NCBI GenBank assembly: GCA_002269645.1
Contig: NIVC01001711.1
Coordinates: forward strand, 148,028 to 212,027
Direction: 5' to 3'
Origin: Macrostomum lignano
Lineage: Eukaryota
DNA length: 64,000 nucleotides
A program made the translations under genes and the position numbers. Below, in pieces: positions 10,870 to 19,565 of the stretch. Each line of letters begins with the position of its first letter. Positions within the stretch are counted from its first letter, which is position 1. The notes below the pieces were generated by a model. That model searched no databases. It saw nothing but the letters and a program-made list of their open reading frames with translations, and was not told the DNA's origin.

Positions 10870-13700
10870 TATGTTTGACATGGTGGCTCTTTTATGTTCG
10901 ACATGATGGCTCTTTAATGTTTGACATGAAGTCATATATATGTTAGACATGGTGGCTCTTTAATGTTGGACATGGTGGCTCTTTAATGTTAGACATGGTG
11001 GCTCTTTAATGTTAGACATGGTGGCTCTTTAATGTTCGACATGATGGCTCTTTAATGTTAGACATGGTGGCTCTTTAATGTTAGACATGGTGGCTCTTTA
11101 ATGTTCGACATGGTGGCTCTTTAATGTTCGACATGGTGGCTCTAATGTTTTACATGGTGGCTCTTTAATGTTCGACATGGTGGCTCTTTAATGTTAGACA
11201 TGGTGGCTGTTTAATTTTTTACGATGGTGGCTCTTTAATGTTCGACATGGTGCCTCTTTAATGTTTGACATGGTGGTCCTTTTATGTTTGACGTGGTGGC
11301 TCTTTTATGTTTGACATGATGGTTCTTTAATGTTTGACATGGAGTCACATATACGTTGAACATGGTGGCTCCTTAATGTTCGACATGGTGGCTCTATAAT
11401 GTTCGACAAGGTGGCACTTTAATGTTCGACATGGTTCCTCTTTCAGGTTTGACATGGTGGTCCTTTTATGTTTTACATGGTGGCTCTTTTATGTTTGACA
11501 TGATGGCTCTTTAATGTTTGACATGGAGTCACATATATGTTGGACATGGTGGCTCTTTAATGTTCGACATGGTGGCTCTATAGTGTTCGACATGGTGGCT
11601 CTTTAATGTTCGACATGGTGGCTCTTTAATGTTAGACATGGTGGCTCTTTAATGTTCGACATGGTGGCTCTAATGTTTGACATTGTGGCTCTTTAATGTT
11701 TGACATGGTGGCTCTTTTATGTTTGACATGGTTGTACTTTTATGTTTGACATGGTGGCTCTTTTATGTTCGACATGATGGCTTTTTAATGTTTGACATGA
11801 AGTCACATATATGTTAGACATGGTGGCTCTTTAATGTTAGACATGGTGGCTCTTTAATGTTAGACATGGTGGCTCTTTAATGTTTGACATGGTGGCTCTT
11901 TAATGTTAGACATGGTGGCTCTTTAATGTTCGACATGGTGGCTCTTTATTGTTAGACATGGTGGCTCTTTAATGTTCGACATGGTGGCTCTAATGTTTGA
12001 CATTGTGGCTCTTTAATGTTTGACATGGTGGCTCTTTTATGTTTGACATGGTTGTACTTTTATGTTTGACATGGTGGCTCTTTTATGTTCGACATGATGG
12101 CTTTTTAATGTTTGACATGAAGTCACATATATGTTAGACATGGTGGCTCTTTAATGTTAGACATGGTGGCTCTTTAATGTTAGACATGGTGGCTCTTTAA
12201 TGTTTGACATGGTGGCTCTTTAATGTTAGACATGGTGGCTCTTTAATGTTCGACATGGTGGCTCTTTATTGTTAGACATGGTGGCTCTTTAATGTTCGAC
12301 ATGGTGGCTCTAATGTTTGACATTGTGGCTCTTTAATGTTTGACATCGTGGCTCTATAATGTTTGACCTGGTGGCACCTTAATGTCTGTAATGATTGCTT
12401 TTTAATGTTTGAAATGGTGGCCTTTAATATTTGACATGGTGGCTCTTTAATGCTTGACATAGTGGCTCTTTAATGTTCAACATGGTGGCTCTTTAATGTT
12501 CGACATGGTGGCTCTTTAATGTTCGACATGGTGGCTCTTTAATGTTTGACATTGTGGCTCTTTAATGTTTGACATGGTGGCTCTTTTATGTTCGACATGG
12601 TGGTGCTTTTATGTTCGACATGGTGGCTCTATAATGTTCGACATGGTGGCTCTTTAATGTTCGACATGGTTCCTCTTTAATGTTTGACATGGTGGTCCTT
12701 TTATGTTTTACATGGTGGCTCTTTTATGTTTGACATGATGGCTCTTTAATGTTTGAAATGGAGTCACATATATGTTGGACATGGTGGCTCTTTAATGTTC
12801 GACATGGTGGCTCTTTAATGTTCGACATGGTGGCTCTTTAATGTTAGACATGGTGGCTGTTTAATTTTTGACATGGTGGCTCTTTAATGTTTGACATGGT
12901 GGCTCTTTTATGTTCGACATGGTGGCTTTTTAACGTTCGACATGGTGGCTCTTTAATGTTAGACATGGTGGCTCTTTAATGTTCGACATGGTGGCACTTT
13001 AATGTCTGAAATGGAGTCATGTATACACTTGACATGGTGACTCGTTAATGTTTGACATGTTGGCTCTTTATTGTTCGACATGGTGGCTCTTTAATGTTTG
13101 ACATTGTGGCTCTTTAATGTTTGACATGGTGGCTCTTTTATGTTCGACATGGTGGTTCTTTTATGTTCGACATGGTGGTTCTTTAATATTTGACATAGTG
13201 GCTCTTTAATGTTTGACATGGTGGCTCTTTAATGTTCGACATGGTGGCTCTTTAATATTTGACATGGTGGCTCTTTAATGTTTGACATGGTGGCTCTTTA
13301 ATGTTCGACATGGTGGCTCTATAATGTTCGACATGGTGGCTCTTTAATGTTTGACATGGTGGTCCTTTTATGTTTGACATGGTGGCTCTTTAATGTTCGA
13401 CATGAAGTCACATATATGTTGGACATGGTGGCTCTTTAATGTTAGACATGGTGGCTCTTTAATGTTCGACATGGTGGCTCTTTAATGTTAGACATGGTGG
13501 CTCTTTAATGTTCGACATGGTGGCTCTTTAATGTTAGACATGGTGGCTCTTTAATGTTCGACATGGTGGCTCTTTAATGTTAGACATGGTGGCTCTTCAA
13601 TGTTCGACATGGTGGCTCTTTAATGTTAGACATGGTGGCTCTTTAATGTTCGACATAATGGTTCTTTAATGTTTGACATGGTGGCTCTTTAATGTTTGAA
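10870..13700. repeat. 22-bp satellite GACATGGTGGCTCTTTAATGTT
   Basis: More than 120 tandem copies, with internal block duplications (for example ~300-bp blocks at about 11690 and 11990). Confidence 0.97.
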
Positions 13701-13770
13701 ATTGTGCTTTTTTGTGTTTAGCATTTTGCGTTTTTAAGGTTTTTGAATAAAAAATCTTTTTAAAAAATCT

Positions 13771-13832
13771 AAGATTCGAACCCAGGTCGCTGCATTAGCA
13801 GTCCAGTCTGTTCGCATCTATGCTATCTCTTG
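13771..13832 (-). pseudogene. tRNA-Ser(GCT)-like relic, copy 2
   Basis: Same sequence as 9897-9958; its 5' end lies about 42 bp from the Maverick insertion site. Confidence 0.6.
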
Positions 13833-13873
13833 TCAATTGGAGAACATGAATTGTGGCCCTTATAATTAAAGTC

Positions 13874-14223
13874 ACTACTAAGGACTGGCAGATCCGGGCG
13901 TTTTGCGAAGGTCCGTCGGGCTGATGTCGGCCTCTAGCACCGCGGCAAGATGCTCCCTCGGGGTGTACACCCGGGGTGTACCTCCAGCGGGGTGGGCGTC
14001 CAGCGAGTGTACCTCCAGCGGGGTGGGCGTCCAGCGAGTGTACCTCCAGCGGGGTGGGCCTCCCTCGGGGTGTACATCCGGCGGGGGGATTCCCACTCGT
14101 GTGCACGCGGTTAGTGTTGGGGGAACCCCGATGCTGACGCAGCCCTGTACAGTGAGCATGCAGCCCTGTAGCTGGGGACAGAGAGCAGCCCCTGTAGCAG
14201 GAGGGGTAGTGCGTGGAGAGCCG
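13874..14223 (+). repeat. Left terminal inverted repeat (350 bp) with internal 31-bp tandem repeats
   Basis: Reverse complement of 23791-24177 apart from repeat copy number and a 6-nt indel; unit GTGTACCTCCAGCGGGGTGGGCGTCCAGCGA at 13976, 14007 and 14038. Confidence 0.95.
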
Positions 14224-14445
14224 TACAGAGGATAGAGAGCCCCGCCCCAGTTGCAGGGGACAGAGAGGCAGTGGGTGCGGAGGGACAGAGAGCAGCCCAG
14301 GCAGGAGGCGCGGGACAGAGAGGCGGTGAATCACACCCCCAGGAGAGAGCCGTACAGTGAGCTTCCCCAGGCCCGGGGGAGAGGGACGGACGGGCAACGT
14401 GTAATTTCAAACCCATAAATAGAAGCAGTGTACAAAACCCTCTGT

Positions 14446-15225
14446 ATGGAGAACATGGAGGCGGGTATAACTGATAACCCCTATTTCAGCAACGAGAGCG
14501 TGTGCGCCAGAATACCCCTCATTGAAAGATTGTTATCAGACACTAGGAAAAGAATCGCGGGATTGTCCACAAAGGAGCGCTTAGAATTCACGTATCTAGC
14601 CAGGCTGGCATTCGTAACAGAAGTAAACATTGAGGAGAGAGAGGTGGCGTTGACTTGGGAGGAAGCAGAAGAAGCGATAAAAACCCGGTCCTGTATGGTC
14701 ACAGCCAATCTATGGAGTGCGGCAATACACCTCAATGACACGAGGGGGTTAATTGACACAGAGTTTGTTAGGCAAGTTCACACACGCGTGTGCAGAGGAC
14801 TGCTCCCGAATGCGGGATCGTATAGAATTAAGCACGCCAAGCCAGCAGGCGCGAGTATGTATTACAGCGCCCCAGAAAATATCGAACGGCAGCTGGTAAA
14901 ATTAACTAGAGACATAAAAGAGCCACAAATCTTGCGTAATGCAGTAGTGACAGGAGCATATTTCCTAGAAAAGTTTCTCACCATACACCCCTTTAGCGAC
15001 GGCAATGGTAGAACTGCTAGGTTGTTATTATCAAAGTTGCTCAACCGGATTCTGCCAGAACCCGTATCATTTGCGTATGCAAATAGAGACACATATCTCA
15101 ACTGTCTTTACGAAGCGCGCAGCAGCAACCGGGGGCTCCTAGCGGCGTATTTACTTTTATCAATTGAGAGAACCGTTCTACAGTGGAGGGAATGGTTGGA
15201 AATCTGTTCAGACGGCAGCCTATAA
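14446..15225 (+). CDS. Fic/Doc-domain protein (putative AMP transferase)
   Basis: Canonical catalytic motif HPFSDGNGRTAR. N-terminal FVTEVNIEE..VALTWEE aligns by eye with the inhibitory-helix region of class II Fic proteins. Intact ORF. Confidence 0.9.
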   Translation: MENMEAGITDNPYFSNESVCARIPLIERLLSDTRKRIAGLSTKERLEFTYLARLAFVTEVNIEEREVALTWEEAEEAIKTRSCMVTANLWSAAIHLNDTRGLIDTEFVRQVHTRVCRGLLPNAGSYRIKHAKPAGASMYYSAPENIERQLVKLTRDIKEPQILRNAVVTGAYFLEKFLTIHPFSDGNGRTARLLLSKLLNRILPEPVSFAYANRDTYLNCLYEARSSNRGLLAAYLLLSIERTVLQWREWLEICSDGSL

Positions 15226-15228
15226 ATA
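15221..15228 (+). promoter_or_regulatory. TATAAATA box (also at 17312, 18344, 19532, 20697, 21062; CATAAATA at 14414; TATATAAG plus GC box at 16152-16171)
   Basis: The exact 8-mer recurs about 25-60 bp upstream of element ATGs (further for the integrase) and often overlaps the upstream stop codon and an AATAAA. Confidence 0.7.
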
Positions 15229-15260
15229 AATAAAATTTGGTATTTCTCAACAATATCGAA

Positions 15261-15614
15261 ATGTACTGGCAATCGGAAATAGTGTACACCCACGTTGACA
15301 ACGCAGTGCTGGAAGTGGGATATTGGGACCCAAACAAGCCGCGTTTCCGCATCCACTGTCAAAACTGTAGCTGTCCAGGAGCCGTGTTTAGTCGAGCACA
15401 ATGGCATCGAATGAAATTTCTGGGCACTAGCTGCACAGATTACGATCTCGGAGGCGGCGCATCTATCAAAGTTATCGACGGGAAGCGCCTGTACGTAAAA
15501 GGAGACTGCGAATTTCACCTGTCAGACAAAATACTTTGTGCAGTTGAAAAGAATAGAGTCGACAATTTCTTCCACTATTTCTTTCTCGACGAATCTGACG
15601 AGTCAGAGGAATGA
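15261..15614 (+). CDS. Hypothetical protein with acidic tail
   Basis: ATG 40 bp after a TATAAATA box; its stop overlaps the next start (ATGA at 15611-15614). Confidence 0.7.
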   Translation: MYWQSEIVYTHVDNAVLEVGYWDPNKPRFRIHCQNCSCPGAVFSRAQWHRMKFLGTSCTDYDLGGGASIKVIDGKRLYVKGDCEFHLSDKILCAVEKNRVDNFFHYFFLDESDESEE

Positions 15615-16126
15615 GCTGGATTTCTCGAGACTACCCGCTTTTATCGAGCAAAGAAAGGGCAGAGTACGAGACCCTGAAAAAGTCCACAGACTGGTTATGC
15701 ATTTGTCACGGCAAACCAATTCCCGAACGATTAGTCACCTTTAATGTCGAGGTAGACGAAATTGGGCAAGGGCCTTACAACACCCAAGAATATACAGATG
15801 CCCGAATTGACTACTACTTTAGAGACAAGATGCATTTCAAAGCAAATCTTCAAAGAATGGAGCAGATAATTGCCCCAATATTACAAGAGGATCATCGTGA
15901 GAAAATACGGTACCGGAATCACCAGCCGATTGCTCCCTCGTGGACGGAACACCAAAGGATTTGGCGACCTAAACACAGTAGACCAGTGCTAGCGAAGTTG
16001 ACTATCAACCTTCACTGCAGCTGCATTAACGACACGCCTCAAACCCCTCGACCAGAAGATCGAAACAAAAGGTTTATTTTTTCCGGATTTCCAACACCGG
16101 AAAGTGTCGTTAAAGAAGCACTATAA
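15611..16126 (+). CDS. Hypothetical protein (171 aa)
   Basis: Intact ORF with an ATGA overlap with the upstream gene, typical of compact viral genomes; no family recognised. Confidence 0.7.
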   Translation: MSWISRDYPLLSSKERAEYETLKKSTDWLCICHGKPIPERLVTFNVEVDEIGQGPYNTQEYTDARIDYYFRDKMHFKANLQRMEQIIAPILQEDHREKIRYRNHQPIAPSWTEHQRIWRPKHSRPVLAKLTINLHCSCINDTPQTPRPEDRNKRFIFSGFPTPESVVKEAL

Positions 16127-16218
16127 CAAAAACGCCCAGCCACCCCACCCTCCGCCCCAAGGGTATATAAGGAGGCGCTCAGGGTGTGAGACCCACTCTC
16201 AGCAACAGCAGCAGCAAC

Positions 16219-16899
16219 ATGGATACCGTTCAAGACTACAATAGTGTTAGGATCGACCTATTCTCTCTCAAGTCGAGAGGTCCAAGCTACAACGGAACCG
16301 AGACGTACGACATTGAGTACGACGAACAGGGCCCTCTCTATCTTGCCAATGCGACGCCCGTACTGATTGTCAAGGGTGTGAGAACCGACAATGAAGGCCG
16401 CGAATTCATCATTCTTTCCCAAAAGCACTTGGAGAGCTGCATACCAGAAGCGTTTAATTCCGTGTGTCACCAGCTCTCTATCCAAGGAATGGCGCTATTG
16501 GGGTACAACCCCACTTTTGGCTGCGACAGCGCTGCATTCGGATTGGCTCACGACTTTAAAATGTACGACAAGAGCGGCAAGTTGTGCACCGACTACAAGA
16601 ACAAGACGGGCTACTATAGATTACTGTTCGCCCTAGACACGGCGGTGATTCACGACTCGGTTCTAACCGCGGTACCAAAAATTCAACAACTGCAATTCAT
16701 AGAAGCTCCCAAGCAGGCGTTTGACCGCTGCTACTGGATTCCACCGTTAAAAATCAAGGTAGGACGCAAGCGCGGAGCTGGTGGAGCTGAGCGGAAACAA
16801 AAGCAACCGAAAAAACCGCTTGCAGAACGTCGTGTGCGTAAACAGGGTGTTTTGCGCAAGGTGGAACAGCCTACCGAACTTGGACTGGGCGCGCGCTAG
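16219..16899 (+). CDS. Possible OB-fold single-stranded DNA-binding protein with basic (NLS-like) tail
   Basis: Has its own GC box and TATATAA upstream. The pattern YDIEYDEQGPLYL...YRLLFALDTAVI...PKIQQLQFIEAPKQAFDRC resembles viral gp2.5-like SSBs by eye; K/R-rich C-terminus. Confidence 0.45.
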   Translation: MDTVQDYNSVRIDLFSLKSRGPSYNGTETYDIEYDEQGPLYLANATPVLIVKGVRTDNEGREFIILSQKHLESCIPEAFNSVCHQLSIQGMALLGYNPTFGCDSAAFGLAHDFKMYDKSGKLCTDYKNKTGYYRLLFALDTAVIHDSVLTAVPKIQQLQFIEAPKQAFDRCYWIPPLKIKVGRKRGAGGAERKQKQPKKPLAERRVRKQGVLRKVEQPTELGLGAR

Positions 16900-17299
16900 A
16901 ACGTTTCATAGACCCCGGGCATTGTACAACCTGAGGATCGGAAAGTGTACAATAAACTTTTTCAAACGTTCATTATCTGCCATTGTTTTTGGTTGCCAAT
17001 CAACCAACGATGTGCTGCGTCTTTTTGCTCAATGTAAACCAAACTCTGTTGTTATCACTACCGGTACCTATCGTGCAGAAGTTATTGTTAAGCCAAACTT
17101 TTTCCGCCTTGCCAACTCGAGCTCGCGCTGGGTTGAGTGGGAGAGTGAGGTATTCAATGGGCTTGTAATAAAGTCCCCATTCCGCAAGGCCAAGTGTCTG
17201 CTGTGCGGAAAGAATGGTCGGTTAGTGTTCCTAGGAATACGAAACTATGACGAACTGTGTAAAATGTACGACCACGTGACTGCTATTCTGCAACTCTAA
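16781..17299 (+). CDS. Divergent TATA-box-binding-protein (TBP)-like protein; no in-frame ATG
   Basis: WESEVFNGLVIKSPFRKAKCLLCGKNGRLVFLGIRNYDELCKMYDHVTAIL aligns without gaps in its core to TBP repeat 2 ([50 protein letters not shown]). The upstream LRIGKCTINFFKRSLSAIVFGCQS resembles repeat 1. It overlaps the tail of the SSB-like ORF in the +1 frame. Confidence 0.7.
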   Translation: MELSGNKSNRKNRLQNVVCVNRVFCARWNSLPNLDWARARTFHRPRALYNLRIGKCTINFFKRSLSAIVFGCQSTNDVLRLFAQCKPNSVVITTGTYRAEVIVKPNFFRLANSSSRWVEWESEVFNGLVIKSPFRKAKCLLCGKNGRLVFLGIRNYDELCKMYDHVTAILQL

Positions 17300-17337
17300 T
17301 TATGCTTTGCTTATAAATAAACAAAATATGCACATGT

Positions 17338-17727
17338 ATGCACGCAATGCTTACCACCTTAATAATGACAAACGGAATTTCTCGTCTTTGTTCTTGCCGT
17401 CGCGAGCTAGAGGAGCTCGGTGACGCGCGACCACATCGAAGGAGGGCCATTATTAGGGGAGCCGATAATGAGTTGATGCAGTGTCTGTGCGAGTTAAGTC
17501 ACAATGTACTCAAGGGCAATATCGATCTATCCCCTAGACAGTTTGCAAGGTTGAAACGTTATAGAGAAGCCCTGCATGACATGGCCGACAAAAAACTGTC
17601 TATAAATAGGAAGAAGAATATGATACTATCGGACCCTCAAGTTGGAGGATTCCTACCAATTCTCGCCAAGATTGCTGCACCGTTAATCACTGGACTGTTT
17701 GGTGGTCTGCTAGGACAACGACGTTGA
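17338..17727 (+). CDS. Conserved Maverick small basic/core protein with a pX-like hydrophobic C-terminus
   Basis: LMQCLCELSHNVLKGNIDLS...LKRYREALHDMA...QVGGFLPILAKIAAPLITGLFGG pattern is typical of Maverick genes near the integrase. Confidence 0.75.
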   Translation: MHAMLTTLIMTNGISRLCSCRRELEELGDARPHRRRAIIRGADNELMQCLCELSHNVLKGNIDLSPRQFARLKRYREALHDMADKKLSINRKKNMILSDPQVGGFLPILAKIAAPLITGLFGGLLGQRR

Positions 17728-17729
17728 AA

Positions 17730-18311
17730 ATGGACAAGTACGTTGTGGTCCCCGAGGAGGAATTCAATCAGCTTAGACAGGGTACTCCGCGAGAAATTGC
17801 CCCAAAATCGGAGTACGAAAAACTTGTAGAGTACAATGCAAAGCTACAGACCCAATTGGCTAAAGTAAAACCCCAACAGACGACAAAGCAGCTATTTTCT
17901 GATAGGCAACAACGTATATGGAATATACTAACAGAAAAGCACCCCAGCCTAAATTACAACCAATCGTGGGAAGTCGTTTTTGATGGTGAAACTTGGGGTG
18001 GTAGCAACGTTTTTGATCTTCTACAAGCCGTCACCACCAACACTAATAATCACCCGAAATATTCGACCGCTTTCTGGGCTCTACTAGACAAGGCCCGTAT
18101 ACCAATGTCTATGCTCGGTCGGAAACAGCTCCCTGTGGAGGAAAAGAAGGTTGACCATATGGTTGGTACCGATGATTACCGCGATGAATATGAGCACACA
18201 ATTGCGACAGACACCCGCGATTTAACGACCACGCGCAACAAAGGTGTAAATGCTATGCCCAACTTGTGGATCAAGGTGCCGGGATGGGTAAATATCACGA
18301 TTACCAACTAA
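17730..18311 (+). CDS. Conserved Maverick hypothetical protein
   Basis: MDKYVVVP start and LNYNQSWEVVFDGETWGGSNVFDLL motif; intact ORF abutting the upstream gene. Confidence 0.65.
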   Translation: MDKYVVVPEEEFNQLRQGTPREIAPKSEYEKLVEYNAKLQTQLAKVKPQQTTKQLFSDRQQRIWNILTEKHPSLNYNQSWEVVFDGETWGGSNVFDLLQAVTTNTNNHPKYSTAFWALLDKARIPMSMLGRKQLPVEEKKVDHMVGTDDYRDEYEHTIATDTRDLTTTRNKGVNAMPNLWIKVPGWVNITITN

Positions 18312-18482
18312 GACCGCCCCGGAACCGAAAATACGATACTCTTTATAAATAGAACCCTAATCCATACATAACCGCGCCCGGCGGTCATGGGCGCAGCAGC
18401 CGCGCGTCAAAGCTTTGTGTAGACAACTCCCCAGCCGACATTACGTGCAACTATTCATGCTGTGCATCCACACTTGTTGTCA

Positions 18483-19562
18483 ATGAGGGCTCTAACCGCT
18501 CTTCGTCGAGTTTACGAACAAGGAGCCGCCGCTTTTTCAAATGCTGCCCGTGTCTATCAGGAGGCCAAACGTCTGGCGCCAAACCTGACAAGACGCCAAA
18601 CCAGGGAATGGCTAGAAACCCAACCGAGTTACACCCGTCACCGGAGAGTCAACAGGACATTTAAAACGGGAAAAGTAATGTCGGGAGGATTCATGGAAAC
18701 TCTACAAGCCGATTTGATGGACATGTCGCGATACAAACGTTGGAATGACGGACATAAATATATACTAGTTATTATTGATGTGCTTAGTAAGCAGGCTTTT
18801 TGTAGGGCAATTAAACTAAAGAGTGATACCCCCGCAGCGTTTGAGTCAATGTTGGCGAATGATTTCCCTGCCCGCCCCCTTTACCTTCACGTGGATCGGG
18901 GTACCGAGTTTTATAATCAGCGAATGCGCCGCATACTAAAAGACAATAATGTTAAAATGTACAGCACCAACTCTGTGTACAAGGCAAACATGGCCGAGAG
19001 GCTGATTAGAACTCTTCGAAAGCGTCTGGCTCGCTACTTTGAGCACAACAACACGTGGCGTTGGGTTGACTACTTACCTAATTTGGTAGGCAATTACAAC
19101 AACACGACGCATTCTACTATTGAGATGAAACCGTCAAGTGTAGGGTTCCACAATCAGAAGCGTGTGTGGGAAAAGCTCTACCCGGATCAGCAAAAAGACG
19201 ACCCCGTATATAAAAAGGGGGATTTTGTGAGAATTTCGAAATCTCGCAGGGCATTCGACAAGGAGGCGTACGACATGTATAGTGAGGAGGTGTACATTAT
19301 ATCCAAAGTTTGTCCTGGACCCCCACATTTTTATCGTATTTCTGATTTGTCTGGTGAAGTGATTGAGGGACGGTTTTACTACAATGAACTGTCCAAATCT
19401 ACCCGACCCGAGCGTTTTGTAATCAATAAAGTTTTGCGTAGAAACGTGTTAATAAATGGTGTTGCGCACCATTACGTTAGCTGGCGCGGTTATCCCGACA
19501 CTTTTAATTCATTTGTACCTGTAAATGAAGTTATAAATATACGTCAACGTAATAATAACTAA
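18483..19562 (+). CDS. Retroviral-like (rve) DDE integrase with C-terminal chromodomain
   Basis: LQADLMD (D), LHVDRGTEFYN (D), KANMAERLIRTL (E); GDFVRISK...EEVYII...YRISDLSGEVIEGRFY region; chromodomain-like HYVSWRGYPDTFNSFV. Intact. Confidence 0.95.
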   Translation: MRALTALRRVYEQGAAAFSNAARVYQEAKRLAPNLTRRQTREWLETQPSYTRHRRVNRTFKTGKVMSGGFMETLQADLMDMSRYKRWNDGHKYILVIIDVLSKQAFCRAIKLKSDTPAAFESMLANDFPARPLYLHVDRGTEFYNQRMRRILKDNNVKMYSTNSVYKANMAERLIRTLRKRLARYFEHNNTWRWVDYLPNLVGNYNNTTHSTIEMKPSSVGFHNQKRVWEKLYPDQQKDDPVYKKGDFVRISKSRRAFDKEAYDMYSEEVYIISKVCPGPPHFYRISDLSGEVIEGRFYYNELSKSTRPERFVINKVLRRNVLINGVAHHYVSWRGYPDTFNSFVPVNEVINIRQRNNN

Positions 19563-19565
19563 TGC

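Noticed and set aside
7800-13700. 22-bp repeat arrays as a CRISPR array
   Set aside because: The repeats are contiguous with no unique spacers, no cas genes are present, and the context is eukaryotic; this is a satellite.
13795-14416. ORFs across the left TIR (and mirror ORFs at 23489-24193)
   Set aside because: They lie in GC-rich TIR/VNTR sequence, appear in several frames on both strands and some cross the insertion junction.
14400-18480. Remnant of a protein-primed DNA polymerase in the Maverick
   Set aside because: No exonuclease or polymerase motifs (DxE, YxDTDS, KxxxNSxYG) were seen in the provided ORFs, and the region is fully occupied by other genes. A profile search would be needed to exclude a tiny remnant.
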